A DNA stretch of 64,000 nt from an uncultured Chthonomonadaceae bacterium (GTDB lineage Bacteria > Armatimonadota > Chthonomonadetes > Chthonomonadales > Chthonomonadaceae): contig CAWIEK010000003.1 in NCBI GenBank assembly GCA_963835065.1, positions 64,001-128,000 of the forward strand, read 5' to 3'. The position numbers were made by a program, and so were the translations under genes. The notes beneath the pieces were generated by a model. That model did no database searches and was not told where the DNA came from. It was given only the letters and a program-made list of their open reading frames with translations. Below, piece by piece: positions 42,046 through 51,825 of the stretch (positions are counted from its first letter, which is position 1; each line of letters opens with the position of its first letter).

Positions 42046-43446
42046 TTGGCACGTTCTGCTCCACCTACGCCCATTGCGCCCGGAGATGCGTTTCCGTCGC
42101 TCGGCGATATTTCGGTCGGTCTGGGACCCGAAGGCATTGTCCTGGTTCCCGAACTGCGGCGAGGGTTTGTCGCCTGCCCGCGCAGCAACAGCGTGACCGT
42201 TTTCGACATGGACACCTTGAAGTCTATCGGAGAAGTGGCGGTCGGCGCGGAACCCATCGGCCTCGCGTATGATCCGCCCACAAAGCGCGTGTTTACTTCG
42301 GATGCGCGCGCCGACCTGTGCAGCGTCATTGACGCCGAAAAGATGGAACTCATCAAGCAGATTCCTGTCGGCACGTACCCGGCGGGCATCGGCGCGTATC
42401 CCGAAAAGCGCAAAATCTATACCGGCAATACGGCTGCCAGTACCGTCAGCGTGATTGACGCGGATACCCTGGAAGTGCTTGCCGTTGTTCCCGCGAAACT
42501 GGCGGCGGGAAGCATCGCCCCCGACCCCTCCCGCGACAAAGTGTACTGCGTCAACTTCGGGGATGCGTCCATCACCATCATTGACGGCACGACGAACGAA
42601 GCCATCGGGGAAATCAAGGTGGATTATGCGCCGTGCAAAATCGTGATTGACTCGCCCCGCGCCCGCGCTTATATCGCCAATTCGCTTGTCAGCACGGTTT
42701 CGGTCGTGGACCTGAACAAAGAAAAGGTTGTGGACACGATTTCTGTCGAGCGCGCTCCGGTGGGCATGGCAAGCAGCAAAGCCGGCAGCCATATCTATGC
42801 GGCCAACCGAGGCGCGGGCAGCATCAGCGTGATTGACTATGCCAGCGGCAAGGAATGGGCGCGCGTTCCGGTTGGGGAAGCGCCCGGCGACCTTGCCGTA
42901 GACGAAGCGACCAGCACGGTCTTCGTTTCCAACGCGGGCAGCAACACCATCAGCGTGTTTCAGGACAACCTGCAAAGCAAGCCCAAAGACCTGCCCAAAA
43001 ATCACAAGCATCCGCTCATCGGGCAGCCGGTTCCGCCCTTCAGCCTGCCGGACATGAACACAGGGCAGGTACGCACTTCCGCCGAGTGGCATGGCAAGCC
43101 CTATATCATCAACATGTTTGCCAGTTGGTGAGGACCTTGCAATGCGGAGGCTCCGCTATTGGAAGAGGTGGCGCGTCGCGCCAAAGCGTATGGCCTGGAA
43201 GTGGTCATGATCAACGTGTGGGAGCATGTGAAGCCGACCGACGAGGCCAAGCATTTCTGCTCCATCCATAAACTGCATAACGACGTGCTGATAGACGCGG
43301 AAGGCGAGTACATGACCCGGTTGGGACTGCGCGGCGTACCCGTCAACATCGTCGTCAACAAAAAAGGCATTGTGCAGGCGGTCGGCATGACCACGCCGGA
43401 CGAAGTCCGCGCCACGCTGACCAAACTGCTCCTGCCGTTCGGATAG
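42046..43446 (+). CDS. Selenoprotein: YVTN/YncE beta-propeller fused to a TlpA-like redoxin (UxxC)
   Basis: ORFs 42046-43131 and 43159-43446 are in the same frame, separated by TGA (43129-43131) at the first Cys position of NMFASW-U-GPC-NAEAP. Redoxin motifs GQPVPPFSLPD and GVP..IVVNKKG. Confidence 0.85.
43135..43168 (+). promoter_or_regulatory. Putative bacterial SECIS element
   Basis: Stem-loop CCTT-GC-AAT-GCGGA[GGC]TCCGC-T-ATT-GG-AAGAGG; the G-starting apical loop lies 17 nt after the TGA. Confidence 0.65.
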
Positions 43447-43663
43447 CCCTCAATCCCTGCCCCTTCTCCCACAAAACGTATTTCAAAGTGAAGCAGAAAT
43501 ACGGAACGTGGGGGAAGGGGAAGCTGTTCGCAACGGCTCTAAGGTGTGTTACGTTGCCTTTCCCCTTCATCAACCGCTTAGGGGAAGGGCTTTCCTTTAC
43601 ATGCAATGCCCGCGCAGGTTTGTCGTTTCCGCACATTCTGCTACGGCAGCAAGAGGATGAAAA

Positions 43664-44275
43664 TTGAAACGCCAACCCCAAATACCGGATGATTTCGATC
43701 CTCGCGGTGACGTATTTTGGCCTCATGAACTCATCAGGGATATGGACTCTGCTGACATTCTTCCAACTCTGATAGAGACGCAGAGCAAGTTCCTCGCCAT
43801 TTTACAATTCTCAAGCATAAAACCGGATACGTGGAAGCAGTTTTTAGAAATATACGGGCGAATGAGCGCTGCACTGTTTCTGCGCCATATCATGCTGTTG
43901 AGCAACATCGGGAATGCTTCTTTGGGCAAACTGATACTGCTGAATCGCTTCTTCCCTGATGGCTATATGCGTTACGTGTGGCAGGGAAAAGAATACGTCT
44001 ACTGCTTCCGTAAGAGTTGGGACCAAGAGGCTTTCGACGCTCAGACAATCTGTAACAACGATTATACGTTTATGCAGGGACGTGACCTGACGCCCTGGGT
44101 AGAAGACACAATCATGTTGCTTCTGCATGGTTCTACTGTTACAAATGCTGAATTGCCCGACTTCTGTAGAGAACGCTGTACTTTGGGCCGGTATATGGGC
44201 GCGTCGCATGAACTTCAAGACTTTCTACGCCCTGTTTATATGCTCAGATATGACCGAAGGACAAGCCGTAAATGA
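43664..44275 (+). CDS. Hypothetical protein resembling the N-terminal half of BanI/HgiCI-type restriction endonucleases
   Basis: Recalled similarity only: FWP.EL, ILP.L.ETQ.KF..IL, LFL.H...L, FP.G...Y.W.G..Y.Y.F, LL.HGS, C.LG.Y.G. GAGGA SD with TTG start; lower GC than flanks. Confidence 0.45.
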   Translation: MKRQPQIPDDFDPRGDVFWPHELIRDMDSADILPTLIETQSKFLAILQFSSIKPDTWKQFLEIYGRMSAALFLRHIMLLSNIGNASLGKLILLNRFFPDGYMRYVWQGKEYVYCFRKSWDQEAFDAQTICNNDYTFMQGRDLTPWVEDTIMLLLHGSTVTNAELPDFCRERCTLGRYMGASHELQDFLRPVYMLRYDRRTSRK

Positions 44276-44823
44276 CAAATGAGAGCGGAATGGCAAAGGA
44301 GAGTCAAAGTACCCGCCTTGTTCGCAGTTTGGAAACCGCGCGTGGATGTGTGCTTCAAGTTGCAAACCGACGTTCCGGCTTCAATGGCTTGTCTGTATGC
44401 GAAGGCACGGTTGTCAGAAAGATCGAACTTAAAACGGTCATCAATACGGATTACTGGTTTGCCATCAATGGGCTATACGGCATTCAGAGTTTGTTCTTCG
44501 ATCCTCAGTATTACCTGTACTTTGTCCTGGCAAATGAGAGGAAGGTTTTGATTGTTCGGGCTGCCCCTTTCTTGCAGACACAGATTCCAGCTTACAATTC
44601 TGAAGTGAGTGAAGAAGTGAATGATTGGCTGGCAGCGACAAGAAAACTTTGCAGTAACTCTGGCTTGAACATCATTGCGCGAGTGAACTTCAAGCTAAAG
44701 ACAGGCATACGATTGATTGTTTCTGATTTAGAAGCAGGCTTGAATATCACGAAATGGGGCACTTCGGTTGACAGTATCTGGCAGGCGGATGCAGACGGAA
44801 ATTGGAAGCAGACTTACCCGTGA
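44272..44823 (+). CDS. Hypothetical protein, possible degenerate PD-(D/E)xK fold
   Basis: 183-aa ORF overlapping the previous stop (ATGA); 'SGFNGL...RKIELKT'. Confidence 0.5.
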   Translation: MTNESGMAKESQSTRLVRSLETARGCVLQVANRRSGFNGLSVCEGTVVRKIELKTVINTDYWFAINGLYGIQSLFFDPQYYLYFVLANERKVLIVRAAPFLQTQIPAYNSEVSEEVNDWLAATRKLCSNSGLNIIARVNFKLKTGIRLIVSDLEAGLNITKWGTSVDSIWQADADGNWKQTYP

Positions 44824-44961
44824 CGGCTCCGTATTCAGGGCCTCCTGAAGATTAAAGTGGCAAAAAGCACACCTATAAGGTGTTTTGACTCCGCTGAGAG
44901 GTTGTGGCCTGGCGGCTTTCCCTTTCGTTTGTTTCGTTTGTTTCGCGGTTTTCCATCGGAT

Positions 44962-46494
44962 TTACCCGCCCACGATCTGCGCCACGTCCGCAAAATCGGT
45001 TTTCAGGTGGGCGTACAGGTTCTGGTAGACTTTGTGGAAACGCTTGTACGCGGCATGGTTGACCGCGCAGACATCCAGAGAGTCCTTCACGGCAATCACG
45101 GCGCGGCAGGCTTCTTCCACCGAAGCGTACACGCCCGTGCCCACGCCCGCCAGCAACGCTACGCCAAGCGCCGGCCCTTCGTCCACGTTGATGGTGACAT
45201 GCGGATAGCCCGTAATGTCGGCCTGCATGTCGCGCCAGAACTTGCTTTTCGCGCCCCCGCCCGATGCCCGCGCCTGCGTAATCGGCAGTCCCATCTCCTC
45301 CATGATCTGAAACGAGTTGGCCATGCCATACGCGACGCCTTCCAGCACTGCCCGCGCCACCTGGGAGCGATCCGTGCGCCGGGTGATGCCGAACAAAACC
45401 CCCCGCGCGTTCGGGTCGGCATAGGGGGCGCGTTCCCCGGTCAGGTACGGCAGGAAAATCAAGCCTTCGCTGCCCACAGGCGCGCGGGCGGCTTCCGCGC
45501 AAATCAGATCGTAAGGGTCGTGTCCCAACGCGCCCGCAACCACCTTTTCCGGCTGGCAGTACGCATCCCGATACCATTGCAGGCTGCCACCGGCGGACAG
45601 CATCACGCCCATCAAATGCCACTTGCCCGGAACCGCGTGGCAAAACGTGTGCAGTCGCAATTGCGGGTCTACAATCGGCGTGTCGCTGAACGCGAACACG
45701 ACGCCCGACGTGCCAATCGTGGAACTGACAATGCCCGTTTCCACAATGCCGTTACCCACCGCGCCCGCCGCCTGATCGCCGCCCCCGCCCACAACCGGCG
45801 TTCCCACTGCCAGCCCTGTTAATGCCGCCGCTTCCGGGGTAATCTTCCCGGACACTTCCGGCGACTCGTAACACCGGGGCATCCAGCCGCGCGGAATGGC
45901 AACGGCATCCAGCATCTCGTCCGCCCACGCCCGCTTGCTTACATTAAACAACGCGGTTCCCGACGCATCCGAAACTTCCGTCGCGTACTCGCCCGTCAGC
46001 ATTAGCCGCACGTAATCTTTGGGCAGCAGGACTTTTTTCACTTTAGCGTAGATTTCCGGCTCGTGATTGCGCAGCCAGATGATTTTGGGCGCGGTAAAGC
46101 CGGTCAGCACGGGGTTGGAAGTCAGTTCCACGACCTTTTCTTTCCCGACCGTGTTCGTAATCCAGTCACATTCCACCTGTGTGCGCTGATCGTTCCACAA
46201 GAGGGCATGACGCAAAACCTGGTTGTTTTCGTCCACAAACACCGACCCGTGCATCTGCCCCGACAGCCCGATGCCCTTGATTTCTCCCGACGCAACCCCG
46301 GACTGCTCCAAAACGCGCCGCACCGTCGTCAGCGTCGCGTTCCACCAGTCCAGCGGGTTCTGCTCGCTCCATTGCGGGCGCGGCGCATAAAGGGGATATT
46401 CTTCCAGCGCCCTGGCGAGAATTTTCCCCGTATCGTCCATCAAAATCGTTTTCGTGCCGCTCGTGCCGATGTCAATGCCAAGAAGATACGCCAT
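44962..46494 (-). CDS. xylB: Xylulokinase
   Basis: LGIDIGTSGTK, GLSGQMHG, LWNDQRT, GFTAPK, DASGT, GGGDQAAGAVG, FLPYLTGERAP. Confidence 0.95.
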   Translation of the reverse strand: MAYLLGIDIGTSGTKTILMDDTGKILARALEEYPLYAPRPQWSEQNPLDWWNATLTTVRRVLEQSGVASGEIKGIGLSGQMHGSVFVDENNQVLRHALLWNDQRTQVECDWITNTVGKEKVVELTSNPVLTGFTAPKIIWLRNHEPEIYAKVKKVLLPKDYVRLMLTGEYATEVSDASGTALFNVSKRAWADEMLDAVAIPRGWMPRCYESPEVSGKITPEAAALTGLAVGTPVVGGGGDQAAGAVGNGIVETGIVSSTIGTSGVVFAFSDTPIVDPQLRLHTFCHAVPGKWHLMGVMLSAGGSLQWYRDAYCQPEKVVAGALGHDPYDLICAEAARAPVGSEGLIFLPYLTGERAPYADPNARGVLFGITRRTDRSQVARAVLEGVAYGMANSFQIMEEMGLPITQARASGGGAKSKFWRDMQADITGYPHVTINVDEGPALGVALLAGVGTGVYASVEEACRAVIAVKDSLDVCAVNHAAYKRFHKVYQNLYAHLKTDFADVAQIVGG

Positions 46495-46659
46495 GTCGTT
46501 TCCTTCGCTTCAAGAATTTCGAGCAACCTTTATAGATGCTGCGCGCGTTCATGCGTGTAGGTTCTCCACTGCGGGCAGTATTCCTCTATGTTGACTCCAA
46601 TTATGTTGGGATGCAAACGGCTCGAAAAGTGTTTAAAGTCCTGTACTGCCTCTCAATGC

Positions 46660-46688
46660 TTGACAAGGCGCACTCAGAAAGATATACT
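46660..46688 (+). promoter_or_regulatory. Sigma70 promoter
   Basis: TTGACA-N17-TATACT. Confidence 0.75.
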
Positions 46689-46800
46689 ACCTGCATCCAT
46701 TGCCTGCGGTGGTATCTGAACAGGGACACCTGAAAATGCTATCCGTAAGATGTAATTTAATCGGATGCGATTTAGAAGGTTTGTCCGTAGGGATTTGTCA

Positions 46801-48201
46801 ATGAAGCCGAGCATTCTCCTGCGCCTGATTGTCAGTCTGGTTGTCGTCGCCGCGTTTGTGCTGGGCGCCACGTATGCGCTCGCCAGCAACAACCTGAATC
46901 CAACCGCCCTGTGGTGGGCGCAGCGGCAATTGCCCGTCCTTTGGCTGGTGGATGGCTTTGCGCTTTTAGCGCTGCTGCCTGTTTTTGGCTCCGCAGTCCT
47001 GCAAACGCGGCTGTCGCATAGAACCGAGGAACTTGCCGCCGTCCATAACGAGCATCAAACGCAAATGGAAGACATGGTTTCGCATACGAACAAAACGGAG
47101 CGCATCAATCTGGATCAAGCCAAAAGCGTTGAAGCGCTGGAAGCAACCGTCGCCGCCCTCAACGTTCGCCTGGACGCCCTGGAAGCGGCAAATCAGGCGC
47201 GGCAAGAAGGCTTGGACGCGGCCAACAAAGCGCATCAGGAACGCATGGAAGCGGAAATGCGCAAGATGGCGGTAGATGCTTTTGCGGCGCTTGCCGGGGA
47301 AGTGCAGGCCAATACGCGCCAGATGGATGCTGTCAGCCTTGCCATGCAATACCAGCGCGCCGAAATCAAGCAACTGCGACAGAACGCCCGCGCCACGCCA
47401 CGCCCGCAGGAACCCGCCGAAATCGCCCGCCTGACTCCTTACGAACTCGCCGCGCTGCGTGGAGAAGACGCGCCCCTGCTGCTGGAAGACGGCGAGGAAG
47501 AAAAGGAGAAAAGGAGAAAAGGAGAAGAGGAGACGGAGCAGGGAACAGGGAACAGGGAACAGGGAACAGCGGGAAATGCTGAACGCGGAATGATGAATGA
47601 TGAATACAATGCAGAATCCAATTCATCACTCAGCACTCAGCACTCATCATTTTCTCCTTCCCTAATACCCAACACCCAACACCTAACACCCTCTATAGGT
47701 TTTTTCGAGCCGACGATGAACGCGCAAACCACGTTTGTGTCTCCCACAACGGCGTTTGAAATCGCGCCGTCAATATCCCAAATGACTCCTGTGTTCAAGG
47801 AGGCTGAGGGCAGGGAATTTTCGCCTGCGGCTTCCCCGGAACTTGGCGCGGGTGACGAATTTACCGATAACGAATTTCCCGAAGAGGAAGCGTTTGCCAA
47901 TGCGGTTGTCGCGTCGCAGACGCCAACCCCTGCTTTACCTGAGGAGGCAAAACCACTTTCCAATTCTGCTGCCGATGCCTTTTCGCCTGTGCAGGAAATG
48001 CCCGTTTCCGGTGACGATTTTGCTGTCTCGCCGACGGCTGTGACGCTAACGGAGTATGAGGCACTGCATGAACCTCAGCAAACCACGTCTCCACAAGCGG
48101 AACCTCAGCAAACGGAAGCCGAACACATGGAAATTCACCCCAAATCTTCGCAGCAACCGGAGGCTCCGCGCGGCCTGCGCCGCTGGTTTATGCGGCAGTA
48201 A
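46801..48201 (+). CDS. Membrane-anchored coiled-coil protein with an acidic disordered tail containing repeat insertions
   Basis: Two N-terminal TM helices, heptad region, acidic/Pro-rich C-terminal half. Confidence 0.7.
   Translation: MKPSILLRLIVSLVVVAAFVLGATYALASNNLNPTALWWAQRQLPVLWLVDGFALLALLPVFGSAVLQTRLSHRTEELAAVHNEHQTQMEDMVSHTNKTERINLDQAKSVEALEATVAALNVRLDALEAANQARQEGLDAANKAHQERMEAEMRKMAVDAFAALAGEVQANTRQMDAVSLAMQYQRAEIKQLRQNARATPRPQEPAEIARLTPYELAALRGEDAPLLLEDGEEEKEKRRKGEEETEQGTGNREQGTAGNAERGMMNDEYNAESNSSLSTQHSSFSPSLIPNTQHLTPSIGFFEPTMNAQTTFVSPTTAFEIAPSISQMTPVFKEAEGREFSPAASPELGAGDEFTDNEFPEEEAFANAVVASQTPTPALPEEAKPLSNSAADAFSPVQEMPVSGDDFAVSPTAVTLTEYEALHEPQQTTSPQAEPQQTEAEHMEIHPKSSQQPEAPRGLRRWFMRQ
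47539..47652 (+). repeat. 114-bp composite heptamer cassette, copy B (in frame)
   Basis: Matches 24167-24280; flanked by (AAAAGGAG)n and (CCAACAC)n tracts. Confidence 0.85.
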
Positions 48202-48206
48202 CAAAC

Positions 48207-48935
48207 GTGGAACCTTCGCCTGAACGTCCTTCCGCTCCCCTTGAATCCGCGCTGTACGACCTGCTGACGGCGCTTAAAACCCCTGCCCCTTCTGCTTCCG
48301 AAACCGAATCCCTTTGCGCCTGCGCGATCTGCAACTTGAGTAACCGCAGCGTGGAGCGCTGGCTGCGGACTTTCTTATCAGAATACGTCAACGATCCCGA
48401 AGCCCGCGAAACGCTCCGCCGCGCGCAGGGCTTTTGCGCCCAACACACAAGCGTTCTGCGGAACCTGAACGAAGCCCTCGGTATCGCCATTCTCTACGCC
48501 GATCTCGCCCGTCTGGCCCGCGAACGCTGGCAGGAGAAAACGCCAGGACGCGCAATTATCCCGTTCTGGCAGCGATTGCATCCTGGCAGCCGCTCTCGCA
48601 TTGCGCCCTGCCCCGCCTGCATCGCGCAGCAGGAGGCTACAACCCGCTATGTGCAGGCATTGGCTTCAGGCCTGGACAATGCCAACGCGCAAAACGAAGT
48701 CTGGAGCGCCCTCGAAATTAATTCCGGCTTATGCGCGCCTCACATCGAGCAGGTTGCCGCATACGCCACCCCGCCTTCCGCCGCCCGCCTGCTCCAAATG
48801 GAAAGCGAACGGCTGACTGCCCTGCAAGCCGAATTGGAACGCATCATCCGCAACAACGATTACCGTTATCGGAGCGAAGCCTGGGGTGAGGAAAAAGACG
48901 CCTGGAAACGCGCGCTGGATAAACTGAGGAGGTAG
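48207..48935 (+). CDS. DUF6062-like protein (duplicated CxxC / C..H putative metal-binding motifs)
   Basis: CAIC...VNDPEARETLRRAQGFCAQH; CPAC...GLCAPH; IRNNDYRY...W.EEKDAWKRA. Confidence 0.75.
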   Translation: MEPSPERPSAPLESALYDLLTALKTPAPSASETESLCACAICNLSNRSVERWLRTFLSEYVNDPEARETLRRAQGFCAQHTSVLRNLNEALGIAILYADLARLARERWQEKTPGRAIIPFWQRLHPGSRSRIAPCPACIAQQEATTRYVQALASGLDNANAQNEVWSALEINSGLCAPHIEQVAAYATPPSAARLLQMESERLTALQAELERIIRNNDYRYRSEAWGEEKDAWKRALDKLRR

Positions 48936-49055
48936 GTTTCAGGTATCAGGTGTCAGGTGTCAGGTGAGACCTGCACCGTCCTGTCCTTGTGCTAATAGTA
49001 ACATCACTGTTCCGTCAGGTTTCCTGACACCTGACACCTGATACCTGAAACCTAC
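48932..49055. repeat. Heptamer-repeat hairpin between convergent genes
   Basis: Perfect 33-bp arms GTAGGTTTCAGGTATCAGGTGTCAGGTGTCAGG at 48932-48964 and 49023-49055; each arm contains one gene's TAG stop. Confidence 0.9.
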
Positions 49056-49951
49056 TTCACTAATCCGCCCCGCCGCAGATACTTCAGCACCAAATCTTCA
49101 AAGGGAGTGGCGGTTGAGGTACGCAGGTAATCTATGCCGTAGCGGTGGCAGAAGGTTTCGATTTCCGCGCAAAAGGCATCGAACGTCTGCTGGTAGCGGG
49201 CCATCAGTTGGGGGTTGACGCTCATTTCTTTGGCTTCCCCGGTTTCGCTGTCGAGGATGCGCAGGTCGCCCAACAAAACGGGCTTGATTTCGTCTTCCGA
49301 AAGCGTGTGCAGCACGGCAATTTGGAACCCGCGCGCCAGCAGGGATTTCAGGCCGTCCTGCCAGTGGGGGTCGAAGAAGTCCGACACGACGATTGCCACG
49401 CCTTTATTTTTGACGGTTGCGGCGAAACGGCGCAGGCTGGCGGCAAACGACGTGGTTCCTCCCGCCTGTACCTTATCCAGATAATGGAAGAACGGCACCA
49501 CGCCGCCCTTGCCGCGCTGCGTGGGCAGGGCTTTGCCCAATCCATCGGCATACGGCTGAATCGTCACGCGGTCATAATTGGTCAGGCCGATGTAGCCCAG
49601 GGCGGCGCACAACTGAACCGCGTAGCGCAGCTTTTTCGGATTGCCAAAGTCCATGCTTTTGCTGTTATCGAGCAGCAGGGCAAGGTACAAATCTTCCTCT
49701 TCGACAAACAACTTCAGGAACATCTTATCCGAGCGCGCAGCCGTGTTCCAATCCACATAGCGCAGGTCGTCACCGGGCGCGTACTCGCGATAATCCGCGA
49801 ACTCGATACTGGTTCCCCGTTTGGTGGAGCGCTTTTCCCCCTTCATCTGCCCCGCAAACGCCTTTTTGCTGACGATGGACAGGCGTTCCAACTTCTTCAT
49901 AAACGCGGCGTCAAGAATGTTGTCTGTGGTAGGTTTGTCTGTGGTGGGCAT
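49052..49951 (-). CDS. DUF58 (vWA-like, MoxR-associated) protein
   Basis: G.SIEFADYREYAPGDDLRYVDW, LLDNSKSM, IVVSDF. Confidence 0.92.
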   Translation of the reverse strand: MPTTDKPTTDNILDAAFMKKLERLSIVSKKAFAGQMKGEKRSTKRGTSIEFADYREYAPGDDLRYVDWNTAARSDKMFLKLFVEEEDLYLALLLDNSKSMDFGNPKKLRYAVQLCAALGYIGLTNYDRVTIQPYADGLGKALPTQRGKGGVVPFFHYLDKVQAGGTTSFAASLRRFAATVKNKGVAIVVSDFFDPHWQDGLKSLLARGFQIAVLHTLSEDEIKPVLLGDLRILDSETGEAKEMSVNPQLMARYQQTFDAFCAEIETFCHRYGIDYLRTSTATPFEDLVLKYLRRGGLVK

Positions 49952-50081
49952 GGAAGGTTCCTGAAGACTATCCTGAAAAAGCCGGTATTCGGTGTTGGGT
50001 GTTCGGACAATTCGGCATGTTCATGCTCTCACGTGAGCGAAGCGCAGGGAGGCTGTTTCCTGTTTTCGCTTTGCTGAGGAC

Positions 50082-50110
50082 ATTCTATCCGACAACCGAA
50101 CGCTTGTCAA
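50082..50110 (-). promoter_or_regulatory. Sigma70 promoter of the DUF58 gene
   Basis: TTGACA-N17-TAGAAT on the minus strand. Confidence 0.7.
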
Positions 50111-50307
50111 GGGCGCAGGCCGGAAACCACGTTCGGCTTGATAGTCGAAGTCTAAACAGGAGGCCCATTCATGCCTCTGGAAGTTTCCTGACAGTTAGTT
50201 TGCTCTTATTTTCACAAACTTAGCCCCTGTAAGCGTTCGCCTGTGTGCTTTCTCGCAACCCAAAGCCGTGTAAATGAAAGGATTTTTTCAAACGTATAGG
50301 GAAACTG

Positions 50308-50336
50308 TAGACAAGCGCAGAACACCTTGCTATAAT
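50308..50336 (+). promoter_or_regulatory. Sigma70 promoter of the AAA/vWA operon
   Basis: TAGACA-N17-TATAAT with an extended -10 TG. Confidence 0.7.
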
Positions 50337-50339
50337 AGG

Positions 50340-50449
50340 AGGTGGCTGGTGGCTGGTGATTGGTGGTTGGCAGCCATTTTTTCATTATAGTAAAGCAGAA
50401 GCGCCGTGCCGCAATTACCAACCACCGGTCACCAACCACCAGCCACCAC
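50340..50449. repeat. Heptamer-repeat hairpin forming the 5' UTR of the AAA gene
   Basis: (GGTGGCT/GGTGATT/GGTGGTT)n paired with (AACCACC/AGCCACC)n. Confidence 0.8.
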
Positions 50450-50468
50450 TGAACTAAGGACGGGTTGA

Positions 50469-51659
50469 ATGAGCGATACCTCCTTTTCGGGCGCTTTGGA
50501 TACGCTCAAGGAACATCTGGTCGGCTATGACGATGGCGTCGAGCAATTCAAACTCGCTCTGCTGACAGGGCAGCATGTGCTGCTTGTCGGGCGTCCCGGT
50601 CGTGGCAAGTCGTATCCCGGACGGTTGTTTATCAACTGTGTGCGCGGGGCGCATATTTTCCGCACACAAATCACGGCCTACACCATGCCCGATCACTTGG
50701 TCGGAGCGCCGATACCGCACACCTATCTGGAAGAAGGTCGGCAGGTTTACAATACGGACAACGGCATCCTTAACTGCGATCTCGCCATGCTGGAGGAATT
50801 CAGCGACGGCCCGGTGGCGCTTGCCCGCAGCCTGAACACCATTTTGTATGAGCGCTTGTTTGAAGTGAAGGATCAGCCGCCCTTTCCGGCCACGCTGCAT
50901 ACCGCCCTGCTGACGGCCAATCAAGCGCCGCACGGCGAGGAGTGGAAAGCCGTATGGAGTCGTATCGCGTTTCGCTTCACGCCGCCCGAAGTGACTACGC
51001 CCTGGGGCCGCTTTCAAACGGGGCAGGTGTATCTGCACACGCACGGTCACGCGCCCGAACTGCCGCTCGTAGATATGGATCAGGTGCGCGAACTGTCTCA
51101 TCAGCGCGAGTTTCTGGACGTGCCGCCCGGCGTTCTCCTGGTGGAAAGCTGGATTTCGGGCGAGTTTCACCGCCGCTGTCAGGAAGACCCGCATTTAGGA
51201 CGTTCGGGCTTGTTTTCCTCGGACTTGCGGCGCGAGAATTTGTTTCTGGATGTGATTCGGGCGGGCGCGGTGCTGGAAGGGCGGGCGCGGGCGGATTACA
51301 GCCACGTCCGCCGCTATCTGCCCTACGCCCTGCCACTCGGTGATGATGCCGACGGCATTGCGGCCCACGCGATTTTAGAGGATGTGCTGGATAAAATACT
51401 GCCGCGCAAGATGAGCCGCGACGACCTGGCCGTGTACGACGCGCTGGGCGACCTGGCGCAGCAGATTTTGGATTACCAGCATCGGGGCAGGGGGGGCAGT
51501 GGCGAGTTCCGCCTGCGCTTTCCCGGCACAACTGTTATTTTCGCCGCCCGCCGCGAACTGCTCGGACACCTGGGCAAAGTGCGCAACGTTTGCGGAGCTA
51601 TGTACCTGGTGGATATTCTGCGTCAGGCGCTTTCCCGCCTGCCCGCCGAAGCCGAATAA
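50469..51659 (+). CDS. MoxR-family AAA+ ATPase (RavA-like)
   Basis: HVLLVGRPGRGKS Walker A; T.PDHLVG; AMLEEF Walker B; LNTILYER; TAN. Confidence 0.8.
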   Translation: MSDTSFSGALDTLKEHLVGYDDGVEQFKLALLTGQHVLLVGRPGRGKSYPGRLFINCVRGAHIFRTQITAYTMPDHLVGAPIPHTYLEEGRQVYNTDNGILNCDLAMLEEFSDGPVALARSLNTILYERLFEVKDQPPFPATLHTALLTANQAPHGEEWKAVWSRIAFRFTPPEVTTPWGRFQTGQVYLHTHGHAPELPLVDMDQVRELSHQREFLDVPPGVLLVESWISGEFHRRCQEDPHLGRSGLFSSDLRRENLFLDVIRAGAVLEGRARADYSHVRRYLPYALPLGDDADGIAAHAILEDVLDKILPRKMSRDDLAVYDALGDLAQQILDYQHRGRGGSGEFRLRFPGTTVIFAARRELLGHLGKVRNVCGAMYLVDILRQALSRLPAEAE

Positions 51660-51662
51660 GAC

Positions 51663-51815
51663 GGTATTCAGGTATTCGGGTGTTCAGGTGTTCGGGTGTT
51701 CAGGACAATGCAAAAGTACAATGTTATCTTTAGCGCGGCAAGAACATAAGCCGAACACCTGAATACCTGAATACCTGAATACCTGAATACCTGAATACCT
51801 GAACACCTGAACACC
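51663..51815. repeat. Octamer-repeat hairpin between the AAA and vWA genes
   Basis: (GTATTCAG/GTGTTCRG)x5 versus (CTGAATAC/CTGAACAC)x8. Confidence 0.9.
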
Positions 51816-51825
51816 ATCAACGCCG

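Noticed and set aside
48985..48998. Partial match (CCTTGTGCTA) to the 38003 MITE terminal repeat
   Set aside because: Only about 10 nt and no partner end; compatible with chance.
51663..51815. CRISPR array suggested by regular repeats
   Set aside because: Units are 7-9-nt tandem repeats without unique spacers, and there are no cas genes in the window.
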